DNA of 55,739 bases from a virus (lineage: Duplodnaviria > Caudoviricetes), in IMG/VR virus record IMGVR_UViG_3300028103_000021, positions 1-55,739 of that record; one strand, 5' to 3'. Numbering within the stretch: position 1 is the first letter of the stretch; each line of letters opens with the position of its first letter. Both the position numbers and the translations under genes were made by a program. The notes beneath the pieces are model-generated. The model saw nothing but the letters and a program-made list of their open reading frames with translations. It searched no databases and was not told the origin of the DNA. Below, one piece after another: positions 1 to 9,147 of this stretch.

Positions 1-3000
1 ATATAGCTCCAGCAGCAGATATTAATCCTAATACTCTTTTTGATGCAAATTTTGTAATACCACCAAGAGATAATTCTCCAAAATTTAATCCTGTTCCAAT
101 AGTTTCAGAAATAATTTTATCTTTCCAAATACCTGCGGTTGTAGTTGCTGTACTAGAACCTATAGCTCCTTCTGCTATACTTTTAAATAATTTTCCAGAA
201 CCAAACTCTCCTGTTTTTGCCGATTGTTGATTAGTAAATGCTTGACTATAATCAAAGAAATTATAATATCCAAAACCTTTAGTTTTATTAGTGCCTAATA
301 ATTCTGTTGCTATTCCAATCCCAGGAATTAAATTAAATCCTGTTGGTCCAGTTAATTCACCCTTTAGTTGAGTTTGTGCAGATCCATATTTTTTAAGAAG
401 TTCTAATTGATCTGCTGCTTTTTTATCTCCTCCAGCAGCTTTTGCTGATAAATCATTCAAAGTATTTAATTGAGTATTAGCTGAATATGAGCTTCCGCCA
501 AAAATACCAGATATTTCTCTTCCTCTTTTTCCAGTAAATATGTCAGAAATTACATTTCCTATAGCAAAAGAACTTCCTAAACCACCAATAAATTTTTGCG
601 ATGCTGCAAGAGCAGTTCTATTTCCAATAAGTCCAGAACCACCAAAAAGTTTAGACATAAAATTAATTGGAGCAGCACTTGAAGCAATTGCTCTTGGCGC
701 TACTGCAAAACCAGCCATAGCTCCAGCTGTTGGTAATATAGATTCTTTTGCAGATTCAAAAAATCCTTTTCTTCCAGCACCAGCCTCTTGAGCAGCTGTA
801 ATTCCAGAAAATAAACCTGCCATTGCTACAGTTGGACTTTTAAGAGACTGAATAAATTTATTGCCAACAATTTGCGCTCTACCAGGTTTTAATTCATTTG
901 GATTTATTATTTGCCCATTACTAAGTCTATAAACTGGAGCGGTTGGAGGTTTTTGGCCTTGTCTTAAAGCTTCCTGTGTTTTTTCATATGTTTGAAATGC
1001 TTTTGATGGAGAAGTAAATCTTCCTGTGACAGCATCTCTTACATTTTTAAAACTTTCTGCTTGAAGTTGTTGTTGATTGCCAAATAGATACTTATCTAAA
1101 GTCTCAATTCCTTTTCCGCCAAAACTAAATGTTTTTTCAAGTGCCGTATTAGCAAAATTAGTTAGTGGAGTTCCAATATTTCCTTTTAAATTTAAACCTT
1201 CCATTAGTTTAAGTGATCCAGAACCAAGACCCATCAATCCTTGTATTGACCTAGAGCCAAAGTTATATAAACCTTTGCCAATTGTTGATACTTGTGCATT
1301 TCTTAATAAGTACGATAAGCCAAGACCTTCAGCAGATCCAAGAGCAGAAGCATAAGGAGCATCAAAATAGTGTCCTGCTAATAATCCTCCAATAAGCGCT
1401 GAACCTCCCATGCCAAATAGTGGTCTAGCAAATTTTCCAACCTTACCAAGTAAATTTGGAGATTCTTTTTTATCTATATACTTTTTAAAAGATTCCCAAT
1501 TTTTATTAGTTTCCGGTATGTTATCTTTTTTTCTGCCAAATAAACTGTAAATTTTTTCTCTAGTAAAAGCCTTTTGTTTAAGCCATTCATAAAGAAAATC
1601 TTGTTTTTTCGGTTTTGGATTTCTAATTCTTTCAAATTTTTCCGCCCTATCTCTTTTTGTTCCAGATCTTGTATCGCTTTCTCTATATCCCTCATTAGAT
1701 GCTTGTATTCTTCGTCTTCTTTCTGCCCTTTCATCCTTTGATATATAAGGTTTTATTTTTTCTGCTATATCTTTATCGAATTTAATTTCTGGAAAATCAC
1801 TTGCTGATAAAAACGGCTTTTCATTAATTAAATTTCTAAATTCTGGAAATTGTGAAAATATTTTAGCAATCTCTTTTGGTCCGTAACCACCAGCAATTGC
1901 TGTATCATCGCCGGCCATTAACCTAGCAAATAATTCTCTATTAGATGTAAGATAAGCTTTATATAAAGCTTTCTTTTGTTCTAATGATAAATTTAATTTA
2001 CTAGCTGTATTAGCTGATATACTGCCTAAACCAGCTGCTTTTCTATAATCATCATGACCTAAAAGACTATTAATAAAATTACTTGTTTCTACACGATCAT
2101 AATTTACAAGATTGACACGCTTTTCTGCTGCTTCAATCATTATTTTTCTTAAGTTTCGCAGCTGTGAATTTTTATTAAAATCAATTGTTTCAGATCTATA
2201 TTTTTTAGTATATGGATTATAATCAGCAGCGTGTGCAGATTCATGATCTATAGTTTGAAAAAATTCCCATGCGCTAGATATTCCTCCTCTAGCTCCTAAA
2301 TTAATATTTAAAACTCCACCCTCACGATCAAAAGTTCCTGCTGTTGCTGATTTTATTTCATTTGAAAATGAAATATGCTTTAAACCAATTCCAGAGCTAT
2401 ACTGATATTTTTTAGAAAAATTGTCTCTTATAAATTTTTCAAGAGCTATTTCTTTATTACCCGTTAAATATTCTTGTGTATTTATTTTTCTATATTTTTC
2501 TTGATTTTGATAAATTTCTTGTAAAGTTTTAAGTTCGCTTTCAACACTTCCGCCTTCAGATAAATATCTAATCAAGCCACCATTTTTTTTGTAAGCATTT
2601 TTAGGAACTACATATTCACCTGGAGTTAATAAAGCTAATTCACTATCCGTGTCTCCAATTCCTTCAACTTTACCACCCTTGTTATATCCTCGAAACCGTA
2701 ATCCACCACTAGTTCTAAGCCCAAAAGCAGTTCCAACATTTTTAGCACTTGCTTCAGCTGGATTATACAACGCTTTCCTTAAGGACATTAATTCTACTAT
2801 TAAACTTTTAATTTCTGATGTTAATGCATCTGTTGATAATGGTTGTTTAACAGAAGATTCAGCTAAAATATTGGCAGCATTTGATAATTCATTTATTTTT
2901 TTTGTTACTCCTCCTTCTTGCTGTAATAAATTCTTGTCACTTAAAAAAGATTTGACCAACTCATTTCTAACATTTTCAGCACCTATACCACCACCAGAAG

Positions 3001-6000
3001 ATATAGATTTTATTCTTTCAAAAGCAGCTTTAGCTTCTGGGGATAATCCAGTTGTATTTGCTCCTCTAAAATCTCCTTTTTTAAGATCAGTTAATAAGTT
3101 ACTGGCAGTCACATCTTTTGAAAGAATTCTTAAATCTTCTTCTAATGTTCCAGCTTTTTCAAAAATACCTTTAGCAGAAACAATCCTGTCTCTTTCTTCT
3201 TGTGCTGTAGAACCTTTCAATAAATCAGCAAAAGTTTTTCCACCAACTGTTTTCTGAGATTCCAAAGTTAACCTAGCGCCTTGGGCTTGCCTTAATCTAA
3301 TTAAATTATCTTCTTTTTGAATTTCTTCTACTTTTTGTTTTCTTTGTATTTCTTGAGTAAAAATTCTTTCCAATGATGATAAAAATTGATCGCCTATTTG
3401 TTTTAATTTATCAGTTGACTGTGCATTATCTTTAATAAACTTTGCGTATAGTTCAGCTGCTTTTACTTGATCGGCAGCAATAGCAACAAGATCTTGTCTC
3501 GCTTGATCTGCTTTATCCTGTTCTGTTTTTATATTTAATTGCGGAAATCCTTTTGCTAAAGCTCTATTTTGTATTTCTTCTCCAGTTATTCCACCGAACT
3601 CTGGAAGTCTTACATTTCTAAATGTATCTGTAAAAGTAGCAAACTGTTTTCTTGCCTTTAAACTAAAACTCATAATATCTGCGCCAGCATTAACTTGCTC
3701 GGCTATGCCACGACCTCTTTCAATTTCCCTTAATTGTTTTCTATCTGCCGTTAACAATGTTCTAGCAGCATTTAATTTTGCTTCTCTTTGCTGTTCAGCT
3801 TCAGTAAGTCTTGATTGAGCTTCGGTAGATCTAGTTGTTTCATCTCTTAAATTTGCAAGAGCATCTGCTAAATTAGCAGCTTTATCTTTAGCTTCTTGAT
3901 GTTTTTGAGCTAATAATCTAGCAGCTTCTTTTTGCGCTATATTTCCAGAAGCTAAATTAACAAAGGATGACTCAAGATCTTTTCCTGTTGAAATAACCTC
4001 TTTTTGAGCAGAAACTAAGTCGTTATAAATAGCTTGTGGATTTAAAGCATTTTGTGCAGGAACACCTAAGTTTGTTTGTCTTTCAACCAATGGTCTTAAA
4101 ATATCTTGTCTATTTAAGAAATTGCTTACTGGTAATCCAGTTCTAGATGCTTGTAGTTCTGCTTGTAGTTTAGCTAAGTTTGCAGTAGCGTCACTAACTT
4201 TTTGTAGTTCTGACAAATACCTATTTTGTTCTTGAGAAATTTTAGCCAAACCATTTATATATGCCTGACCAACTTTTGTTATGGCTTCTGATGTTGAATT
4301 AGCTACAGATTGAAATTCTTGAATTTGAGACTGAAGAGCTTCTTTAGCTGCTTTTGTTGGATCAAACGCTGCCCCTCTTCTGGTCAAAGAAGCTTGATTT
4401 CTTTCTAAATAATCTTGTACAACTTGTAATAAATCACGACCAGTACCTTGTTGTACATCAATGCCTCTACCAGCTAAAAGTTTTTCTAATTGATCATTAA
4501 AATTAGCACCTTCTAAACCACCTTGGGATTTTATTACTGCTAATACTGATGGCAACTCAGTTAAAAATTGATTTAAGACCTGTGCTTGTTCTATTTGTGG
4601 TTTAGCTTGTTCTCCAAATGGAGAAAATACTTGTTTAATCGCATTAGAAAATGTCGCTTGATCAGAACCTAATTTGACACGGCTTTTAATATCTGGAGTT
4701 CTAAATTCTGCACTTCTACTAAGAATATCGGTTACATAAATAGTAGAATTTGATAATTCTTCAAATTTTGATATAGCAGATTCTACTGAATTAGACAAAA
4801 ACTCTAAAGAAGATGAAAATCTATTTGCTGCATTAATAGAACTTTGTCTTACTTGTTCGACTCTTTGCTCATCTACTACAGACCTTGCTAATGCAAGAAT
4901 AAGTTTATTTAATTCTTCTCCGGCTTTTCCAGATGCATCGCCTAGTAAATTAATTAAATCTGCATTAATTGGACTAATTCTAAATGTTTGAAAAAGTTCA
5001 GCAGCATTTATTTTTTGATTGCCCAAAACGCTACGCAATCTATCTTGAATTATTTGAGTTGCTCCCTGCAAAGAACCAGAGAATTTTCCTTTTAATTCAT
5101 TTTTTAGTTGTTCTGGATCTAAAGATTCATTTAATGAAACTAATGCCTGTCTTTCTTTTCTATAATTTTTTACAAAAGAACTCAATTCTGTTGTTTCAAC
5201 ACCAGCAGTAGGTATATATTCTTTATTAGATACTAAATCGGAAACGCTTTGATTAATTTTATCAACGGCCTTGTCAATTCTTATCTTTTCTATTTCTTTA
5301 CTTGCATTAAAAAATTGTTTAGTAAGTCCAATAACTCCAGCACCTACAGCAGCAATTCCAATTACTAAAGGATTCATTGTTGGTGCAGCAATAGCTGCTG
5401 CCGTAGTGGCATCTGTAATTGCTGATCCTAAAGCACTAAAAGTTTGATATCTTGTTTTTGATATTTGTCCAGAAACAACTTGTTCTGCTGTTCCAGCCAT
5501 CGCTGATGCAGCTTCACCGCCGTAAATTGATCCAATAGCACCAACAGCAGTTAATGATCTACCAACTTTAGTTTGCGTTAACCCAGAGAATAGTCCATTT
5601 GTTTTTACTTCATTTGTAAAATCTGTTATTGCAGATTTTAAAGAAGAAAAACTGTTTGAAACACTAATTATAGCTCTATTTAAAGGGCCTTTGGATATTT
5701 TTAAATCATCTGCAACGCCACGGAGATTATCATTAACTTTTACAGTTCCTGCTTTAATATCTTTTTCTAATGACTCTAAACCAAAAACTCTTCCTTGTTT
5801 AACAACTATATTTGCATTCTGTTGTATAGCCTGAGAATATTTTTGAGTAGCTGTTTCAATTAAAATTTCGTTATCATTAATGCCTGTTAAAATTCTTAAC
5901 TGTTCAGATATAGCAACAATAATCTGATTTCTTAGTTTGTTTTCCTCTTCTGCTAAAAATCTTTGTTTAGTAGTGGTTCCTAATAAAGCTTGTTGTTTTG

Positions 6001-9000
6001 GATCTTTGGTTACTTTTTCAAATCTGCTTATTGCTCTTTCTTCTAAAATACCAGCTACTGTTTCTTTTCCTGCGAGTGGTGTAACCTTTGTAGCCGGTTT
6101 AAATGTGTAAGACTGTTCTCCGGTTGGCAAAGCAGAAGCTGTTAATGAAGTGATAGTTTTTTGTCGTTCTTTTTTAAGCTCATCCAATCTTGTTTGCGCT
6201 TGAATAACTGATGGATCTGTAGCTGATGTTGCTGATGCTCTAGCTGTTGCCAAAGCAGATGTAGCTGTTAATATTTTCCTATCTTGATCTTCTAATAATT
6301 TTAATGTACTTGCAGCCATTGCTCTAGATTGAGAAAGAGCTTGCGATTGACTTAAGTCCACTCTAGTTGCGCTTATTTGTGCATAAATAATATCGGCTAA
6401 AGCCTTTTCTGCATCTGCTAAACTTTTTGTAGAATTTATTAATGTTTCTAAATTATATGTTTTATTTCTAAAAATTAAACCTCTTTGTTGTGGAATAACC
6501 ATTTCTCTTTCTGGTTGTCCACCATTAGCTAGTCCAACTCTTCCGCCTAAAGCAAATTTACCAAATTTATTCATTCTGTCTAAATTAGCGCCACCAATAG
6601 ATGATGCAGCGCTTGGAGAAAATACAAACTCGCCTGGAGTTAAAATAGCTGGAACTCTACCACCTTTTGCAAATCCTTTTCTAGACATATTCATTAAATT
6701 ATCAGCGCCAATTTTAGCAACAGAAGATTTGCGTATTACAAAAGAACCTTCGTCTAAATCCATTGGCACACTATCTGAATTGCCAGTACCAGGAACTATA
6801 AATCCGCCAGAAGCTTTTTTTTTCTCTTTTATTCTTTTAAAAGAAGGTTCTTCTAGTTGTTTGTCTTTGTCAATTATACTTTTAATCCCCTCTTTAAAAA
6901 GGTTAACTTCCTTATCTAAAATTTCCTTTCCTTTTACAACACTTCGTTTTGTTTCAACAAATAAATTTCTTTTATTTGATATTTTTACTAAGTCTTCCAA
7001 CCCTGGCAGTTGTTTGATTTGGTCATAAGATCCAAAAAAATCTACTGGAAAATTAGCATCTCTTAAACTAGCATCTTTTAACTTTTCTGTGTTTTTTACT
7101 TCATGTTCAAATAAATAACCTTCCAATTGATATGCATTACTTTTATTTAATATGGCTTTAGCAATTTCATAACCTCTTACTTCTCCATATGTATTTTTTA
7201 ATGATTGTATTTTTATCGTATTTTCATTATCTTTTATTATTTTTTTTGCTTCTAATTGTATTTTTTTTGAAAGTAAAACATCTTTATTTTTATATTTTAC
7301 TTCTGGATTATAAATAAATGTTGGTATATGACTATCTTGAATTTCTACTTCTTGTTTTATAGGTTTGCCATTTTTATCTTTTGCAGAGAATATATAATTT
7401 GCTTGTCCTTGAATAAAAGATTGACTGTCTTCTTTTCGCTGTAATTTAGGACTACTTTTTGTTTGTCCTAACGCTACCTGTATTACATTTCTTAGAATTC
7501 CACTTTTTTGATATTCTTCTAAGTCTATAGTTCCTCCTTTTGCATATTTCTTCGGTATTACTAATTCGCCTGGTTCTAATAATGCAGGAACAATATCACC
7601 AGATCCACTTCCTGGTACAACACCGCCCCTTTTCATTCTTACAATGCCACCATCAGCAAATCTATTTTGATTAAATATCTTTGGGTTTGGACTTGCTGTA
7701 ATGCCGGTACTAAAACCTTTAACAAACTGACCAATTCCGGTGGCAACTTTAACTGTAGCTATAGCTCCAATAAGAGGAATCAAAGGCTTTAAAGCATCTG
7801 CCAATTGAATAGCTGCACTAGCGCCAGATATAAAAGTATCAAATAATTTTTGAAAACCAGTCGATTGAGTTATAGATCTAATTAAAGCATTAAATTCTTC
7901 TTTTAATTTCTGTAACTTAATCGCATAGGCTAATTGTGCTTGGCCAGCATTTTGAGACAACGAAGTAGAACCAGCTATAGCAACATTAACCGCTTTTTGA
8001 CTAATTGCAAATTCTTGAATAAGAGGAATAACTTTAGAAATTTGACGATAGCCACCTAACTCTTCTACAATTTTTGCAAATTGAGGATCAGTAGTAGGTA
8101 AAGATGATAATGCAGCAGAAAGCCTCCTAATAGCTTCGTAAGGACCAACGAACTGTTGTTCAAGATTAGCATTTCCAAGAGCTAGAGCTTCTTCTCTGCT
8201 ATATCTAAGATTTACACCTAGTTCTTTAAGGGCGTTTACAGTATTTCCACGCTGTATTCTTGTAAATATAGTACGCAAACCGGTACTGATTGTTTCTGCG
8301 CTTTCTCTAGTTGTTTGTCTTACAGATGTAAACAAACCTAAAAGTTCATTTAAGTCTCCACCAGCAGCTTTGAAAGCACCACCAGTTTTACGAATTGCTT
8401 CTACAATATCCCCAGCTTCAACAGCGAACTCGCCAGCAACTGCATTAACAGCGCCTAAAGCTGACTCAAGATTATTCGCCCCAATCTTAAACTGATTAAG
8501 AATGGCAATAGCACCTTCAGTTGTGTTTGCAAAATTTTCAAAGTTTGGTGCTAAAGCAGCTTTTGCCAATGCTTCCAAAGCAACTCTTGTATCATCAATT
8601 GATAAGTTGGCTTGCTTTAATGTAACGGCAGCTTGAATAAGATCTTTGCTAGAAACACCTAAAGAAGTTGAAAGTCTAGTTACTTCATTAACAACACCTT
8701 GAATAGCAGAACCACTATCGCCAGAAACCTGAACAAGTTTAACCATCTGACGGTCAAAATCTATAGCCTCTGATGTCGCTTGTTTAATAGCACTTGTTAA
8801 TTGAATCATTGATCCAGCAGCTAAACTAAATGCCCCGAATCTTTTTGCTGCCAAACCGGCTTGACGACCAAAACTTTCTACAGATGTAATTGCTCCTTCA
8901 ATATCGGCTTTAATTCTTCTAATAGAATCAGAATTGGCCAAACTAAGATCTACAGTAACTTTTTTATTAGATAGTTGTCTATTAAGATCGTTTGATATTT

Positions 9001-9058
9001 TTGTAGCTGCTCCAGAAGCGAGAGCAACATTCATTATAGCGGTAATATTAAAAGCCAT
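1..9058 (-). CDS. Tail tape measure protein (TP901-like N-terminal core), >3019 aa, 3' end beyond the window; carries embedded nuclease-like and metallopeptidase-like domains
   Basis: ATG at 9056-9058 preceded by GAGG RBS. Translation begins MAFNITAIMNVALASG...AIDFDRQMVKLVQVSG...ETISTGLRTIFTRIQ...LGGYRQISKVIPLIQEF, typical of the TP901-family TMP core. The same frame was open in every segment translated by hand, including positions 2-135. It is absent from the ORF track because it has no stop in the window. It follows the tube and chaperone genes. Confidence 0.92.
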   Translation of the reverse strand, partial: MAFNITAIMNVALASGAATKISNDLNRQLSNKKVTVDLSLANSDSIRRIKADIEGAITSVESFGRQAGLAAKRFGAFSLAAGSMIQLTSAIKQATSEAIDFDRQMVKLVQVSGDSGSAIQGVVNEVTRLSTSLGVSSKDLIQAAVTLKQANLSIDDTRVALEALAKAALAPNFENFANTTEGAIAILNQFKIGANNLESALGAVNAVAGEFAVEAGDIVEAIRKTGGAFKAAGGDLNELLGLFTSVRQTTRESAETISTGLRTIFTRIQRGNTVNALKELGVNLRYSREEALALGNANLEQQFVGPYEAIRRLSAALSSLPTTDPQFAKIVEELGGYRQISKVIPLIQEFAISQKAVNVAIAGSTSLSQNAGQAQLAYAIKLQKLKEEFNALIRSITQSTGFQKLFDTFISGASAAIQLADALKPLIPLIGAIATVKVATGIGQFVKGFSTGITASPNPKIFNQNRFADGGIVRMKRGGVVPGSGSGDIVPALLEPGELVIPKKYAKGGTIDLEEYQKSGILRNVIQVALGQTKSSPKLQRKEDSQSFIQGQANYIFSAKDKNGKPIKQEVEIQDSHIPTFIYNPEVKYKNKDVLLSKKIQLEAKKIIKDNENTIKIQSLKNTYGEVRGYEIAKAILNKSNAYQLEGYLFEHEVKNTEKLKDASLRDANFPVDFFGSYDQIKQLPGLEDLVKISNKRNLFVETKRSVVKGKEILDKEVNLFKEGIKSIIDKDKQLEEPSFKRIKEKKKASGGFIVPGTGNSDSVPMDLDEGSFVIRKSSVAKIGADNLMNMSRKGFAKGGRVPAILTPGEFVFSPSAASSIGGANLDRMNKFGKFALGGRVGLANGGQPEREMVIPQQRGLIFRNKTYNLETLINSTKSLADAEKALADIIYAQISATRVDLSQSQALSQSRAMAASTLKLLEDQDRKILTATSALATARASATSATDPSVIQAQTRLDELKKERQKTITSLTASALPTGEQSYTFKPATKVTPLAGKETVAGILEERAISRFEKVTKDPKQQALLGTTTKQRFLAEEENKLRNQIIVAISEQLRILTGINDNEILIETATQKYSQAIQQNANIVVKQGRVFGLESLEKDIKAGTVKVNDNLRGVADDLKISKGPLNRAIISVSNSFSSLKSAITDFTNEVKTNGLFSGLTQTKVGRSLTAVGAIGSIYGGEAASAMAGTAEQVVSGQISKTRYQTFSALGSAITDATTAAAIAAPTMNPLVIGIAAVGAGVIGLTKQFFNASKEIEKIRIDKAVDKINQSVSDLVSNKEYIPTAGVETTELSSFVKNYRKERQALVSLNESLDPEQLKNELKGKFSGSLQGATQIIQDRLRSVLGNQKINAAELFQTFRISPINADLINLLGDASGKAGEELNKLILALARSVVDEQRVEQVRQSSINAANRFSSSLEFLSNSVESAISKFEELSNSTIYVTDILSRSAEFRTPDIKSRVKLGSDQATFSNAIKQVFSPFGEQAKPQIEQAQVLNQFLTELPSVLAVIKSQGGLEGANFNDQLEKLLAGRGIDVQQGTGRDLLQVVQDYLERNQASLTRRGAAFDPTKAAKEALQSQIQEFQSVANSTSEAITKVGQAYINGLAKISQEQNRYLSELQKVSDATANLAKLQAELQASRTGLPVSNFLNRQDILRPLVERQTNLGVPAQNALNPQAIYNDLVSAQKEVISTGKDLESSFVNLASGNIAQKEAARLLAQKHQEAKDKAANLADALANLRDETTRSTEAQSRLTEAEQQREAKLNAARTLLTADRKQLREIERGRGIAEQVNAGADIMSFSLKARKQFATFTDTFRNVRLPEFGGITGEEIQNRALAKGFPQLNIKTEQDKADQARQDLVAIAADQVKAAELYAKFIKDNAQSTDKLKQIGDQFLSSLERIFTQEIQRKQKVEEIQKEDNLIRLRQAQGARLTLESQKTVGGKTFADLLKGSTAQEERDRIVSAKGIFEKAGTLEEDLRILSKDVTASNLLTDLKKGDFRGANTTGLSPEAKAAFERIKSISSGGGIGAENVRNELVKSFLSDKNLLQQEGGVTKKINELSNAANILAESSVKQPLSTDALTSEIKSLIVELMSLRKALYNPAEASAKNVGTAFGLRTSGGLRFRGYNKGGKVEGIGDTDSELALLTPGEYVVPKNAYKKNGGLIRYLSEGGSVESELKTLQEIYQNQEKYRKINTQEYLTGNKEIALEKFIRDNFSKKYQYSSGIGLKHISFSNEIKSATAGTFDREGGVLNINLGARGGISSAWEFFQTIDHESAHAADYNPYTKKYRSETIDFNKNSQLRNLRKIMIEAAEKRVNLVNYDRVETSNFINSLLGHDDYRKAAGLGSISANTASKLNLSLEQKKALYKAYLTSNRELFARLMAGDDTAIAGGYGPKEIAKIFSQFPEFRNLINEKPFLSASDFPEIKFDKDIAEKIKPYISKDERAERRRRIQASNEGYRESDTRSGTKRDRAEKFERIRNPKPKKQDFLYEWLKQKAFTREKIYSLFGRKKDNIPETNKNWESFKKYIDKKESPNLLGKVGKFARPLFGMGGSALIGGLLAGHYFDAPYASALGSAEGLGLSYLLRNAQVSTIGKGLYNFGSRSIQGLMGLGSGSLKLMEGLNLKGNIGTPLTNFANTALEKTFSFGGKGIETLDKYLFGNQQQLQAESFKNVRDAVTGRFTSPSKAFQTYEKTQEALRQGQKPPTAPVYRLSNGQIINPNELKPGRAQIVGNKFIQSLKSPTVAMAGLFSGITAAQEAGAGRKGFFESAKESILPTAGAMAGFAVAPRAIASSAAPINFMSKLFGGSGLIGNRTALAASQKFIGGLGSSFAIGNVISDIFTGKRGREISGIFGGSSYSANTQLNTLNDLSAKAAGGDKKAADQLELLKKYGSAQTQLKGELTGPTGFNLIPGIGIATELLGTNKTKGFGYYNFFDYSQAFTNQQSAKTGEFGSGKLFKSIAEGAIGSSTATTTAGIWKDKIISETIGTGLNFGELSLGGITKFASKRVLGLISAAGAI
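1750..2520 (-). other. Zincin-like metallopeptidase domain embedded in the TMP (boundaries approximate)
   Basis: In-frame AGTFDREGGVLNINL...FFQTIDHESAHAAD (HExxH at 2231-2245) and downstream YLTSNRELFAR (ELFAR at 1922-1936), the Y..S..E.FA pattern of zincin-type peptidases. Confidence 0.75.
2545..2700 (-). repeat. Fourth copy of the TMP GG module, immediately before the metallopeptidase domain
   Basis: GYNKGGKVEGIGDTDSELALLTPGEYVVPKNAYKKNGGLIRYLSEGG. Confidence 0.85.
6500..7660 (-). repeat. Three copies of the TMP 'GG..(VPG.G..D).VPA.L.PGE.V' peptide module (about 7530-7660, 6720-6815, 6550-6675)
   Basis: FADGGIVRMKRGGVVPGSGSGDIVPALLEPGELVIPKKYAKGG; KASGGFIVPGTGNSDSVPMDLDEGSFVIRKSSV; FAKGGRVPAILTPGEFVFSPSAASSIGGANLDRMNKFGKFALGG. 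Confidence 0.85.
6820..7530 (-). other. PD-(D/E)xK restriction-endonuclease-fold domain embedded in the TMP (boundaries approximate)
   Basis: In-frame QLEGYLFEHEVK (about 7100-7130), ANFPVDFF (about 7035-7058) and LFVETKRS (about 6940-6965) give the E...D...ExK order and spacing. The segment is Lys/Ile-rich and AT-rich, unlike the flanking helical TMP. Confidence 0.6.
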
Positions 9059-9071
9059 TGTTTTCCTCTAT

Positions 9072-9113
9072 AAAAAGAAAGGGAGCAATCCTTATTTTAA
9101 AAAGACTGCTCCC
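9072..9113 (-). terminator. Intrinsic terminator-like hairpin just upstream of the TMP RBS
   Basis: Minus strand GGGAGCAGTCTT-tttaaaat-AAGGATTGCTCCC followed by TTTCTTTTT. Confidence 0.65.
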
Positions 9114-9135
9114 ATTAGACTTTCCTAATTAATAT

Positions 9136-9141
9136 TACACC
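9136..9141 (-). promoter_or_regulatory. GGTGTA motif (candidate late promoter core)
   Basis: TTGGTGTAATATTAATTAGG in the chaperone-TMP spacer; the same core recurs upstream of four other structural genes. Confidence 0.5.
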
Positions 9142-9147
9142 AATTTT

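Noticed and set aside
540-9128. Short ORFs in the track (540, 1077, 1474, 2649, 4984, 6729, 8934)
   Set aside because: They are antisense or off-frame shadows of the continuous TMP frame, which stays open in the segments checked (including across about 1560-1740).
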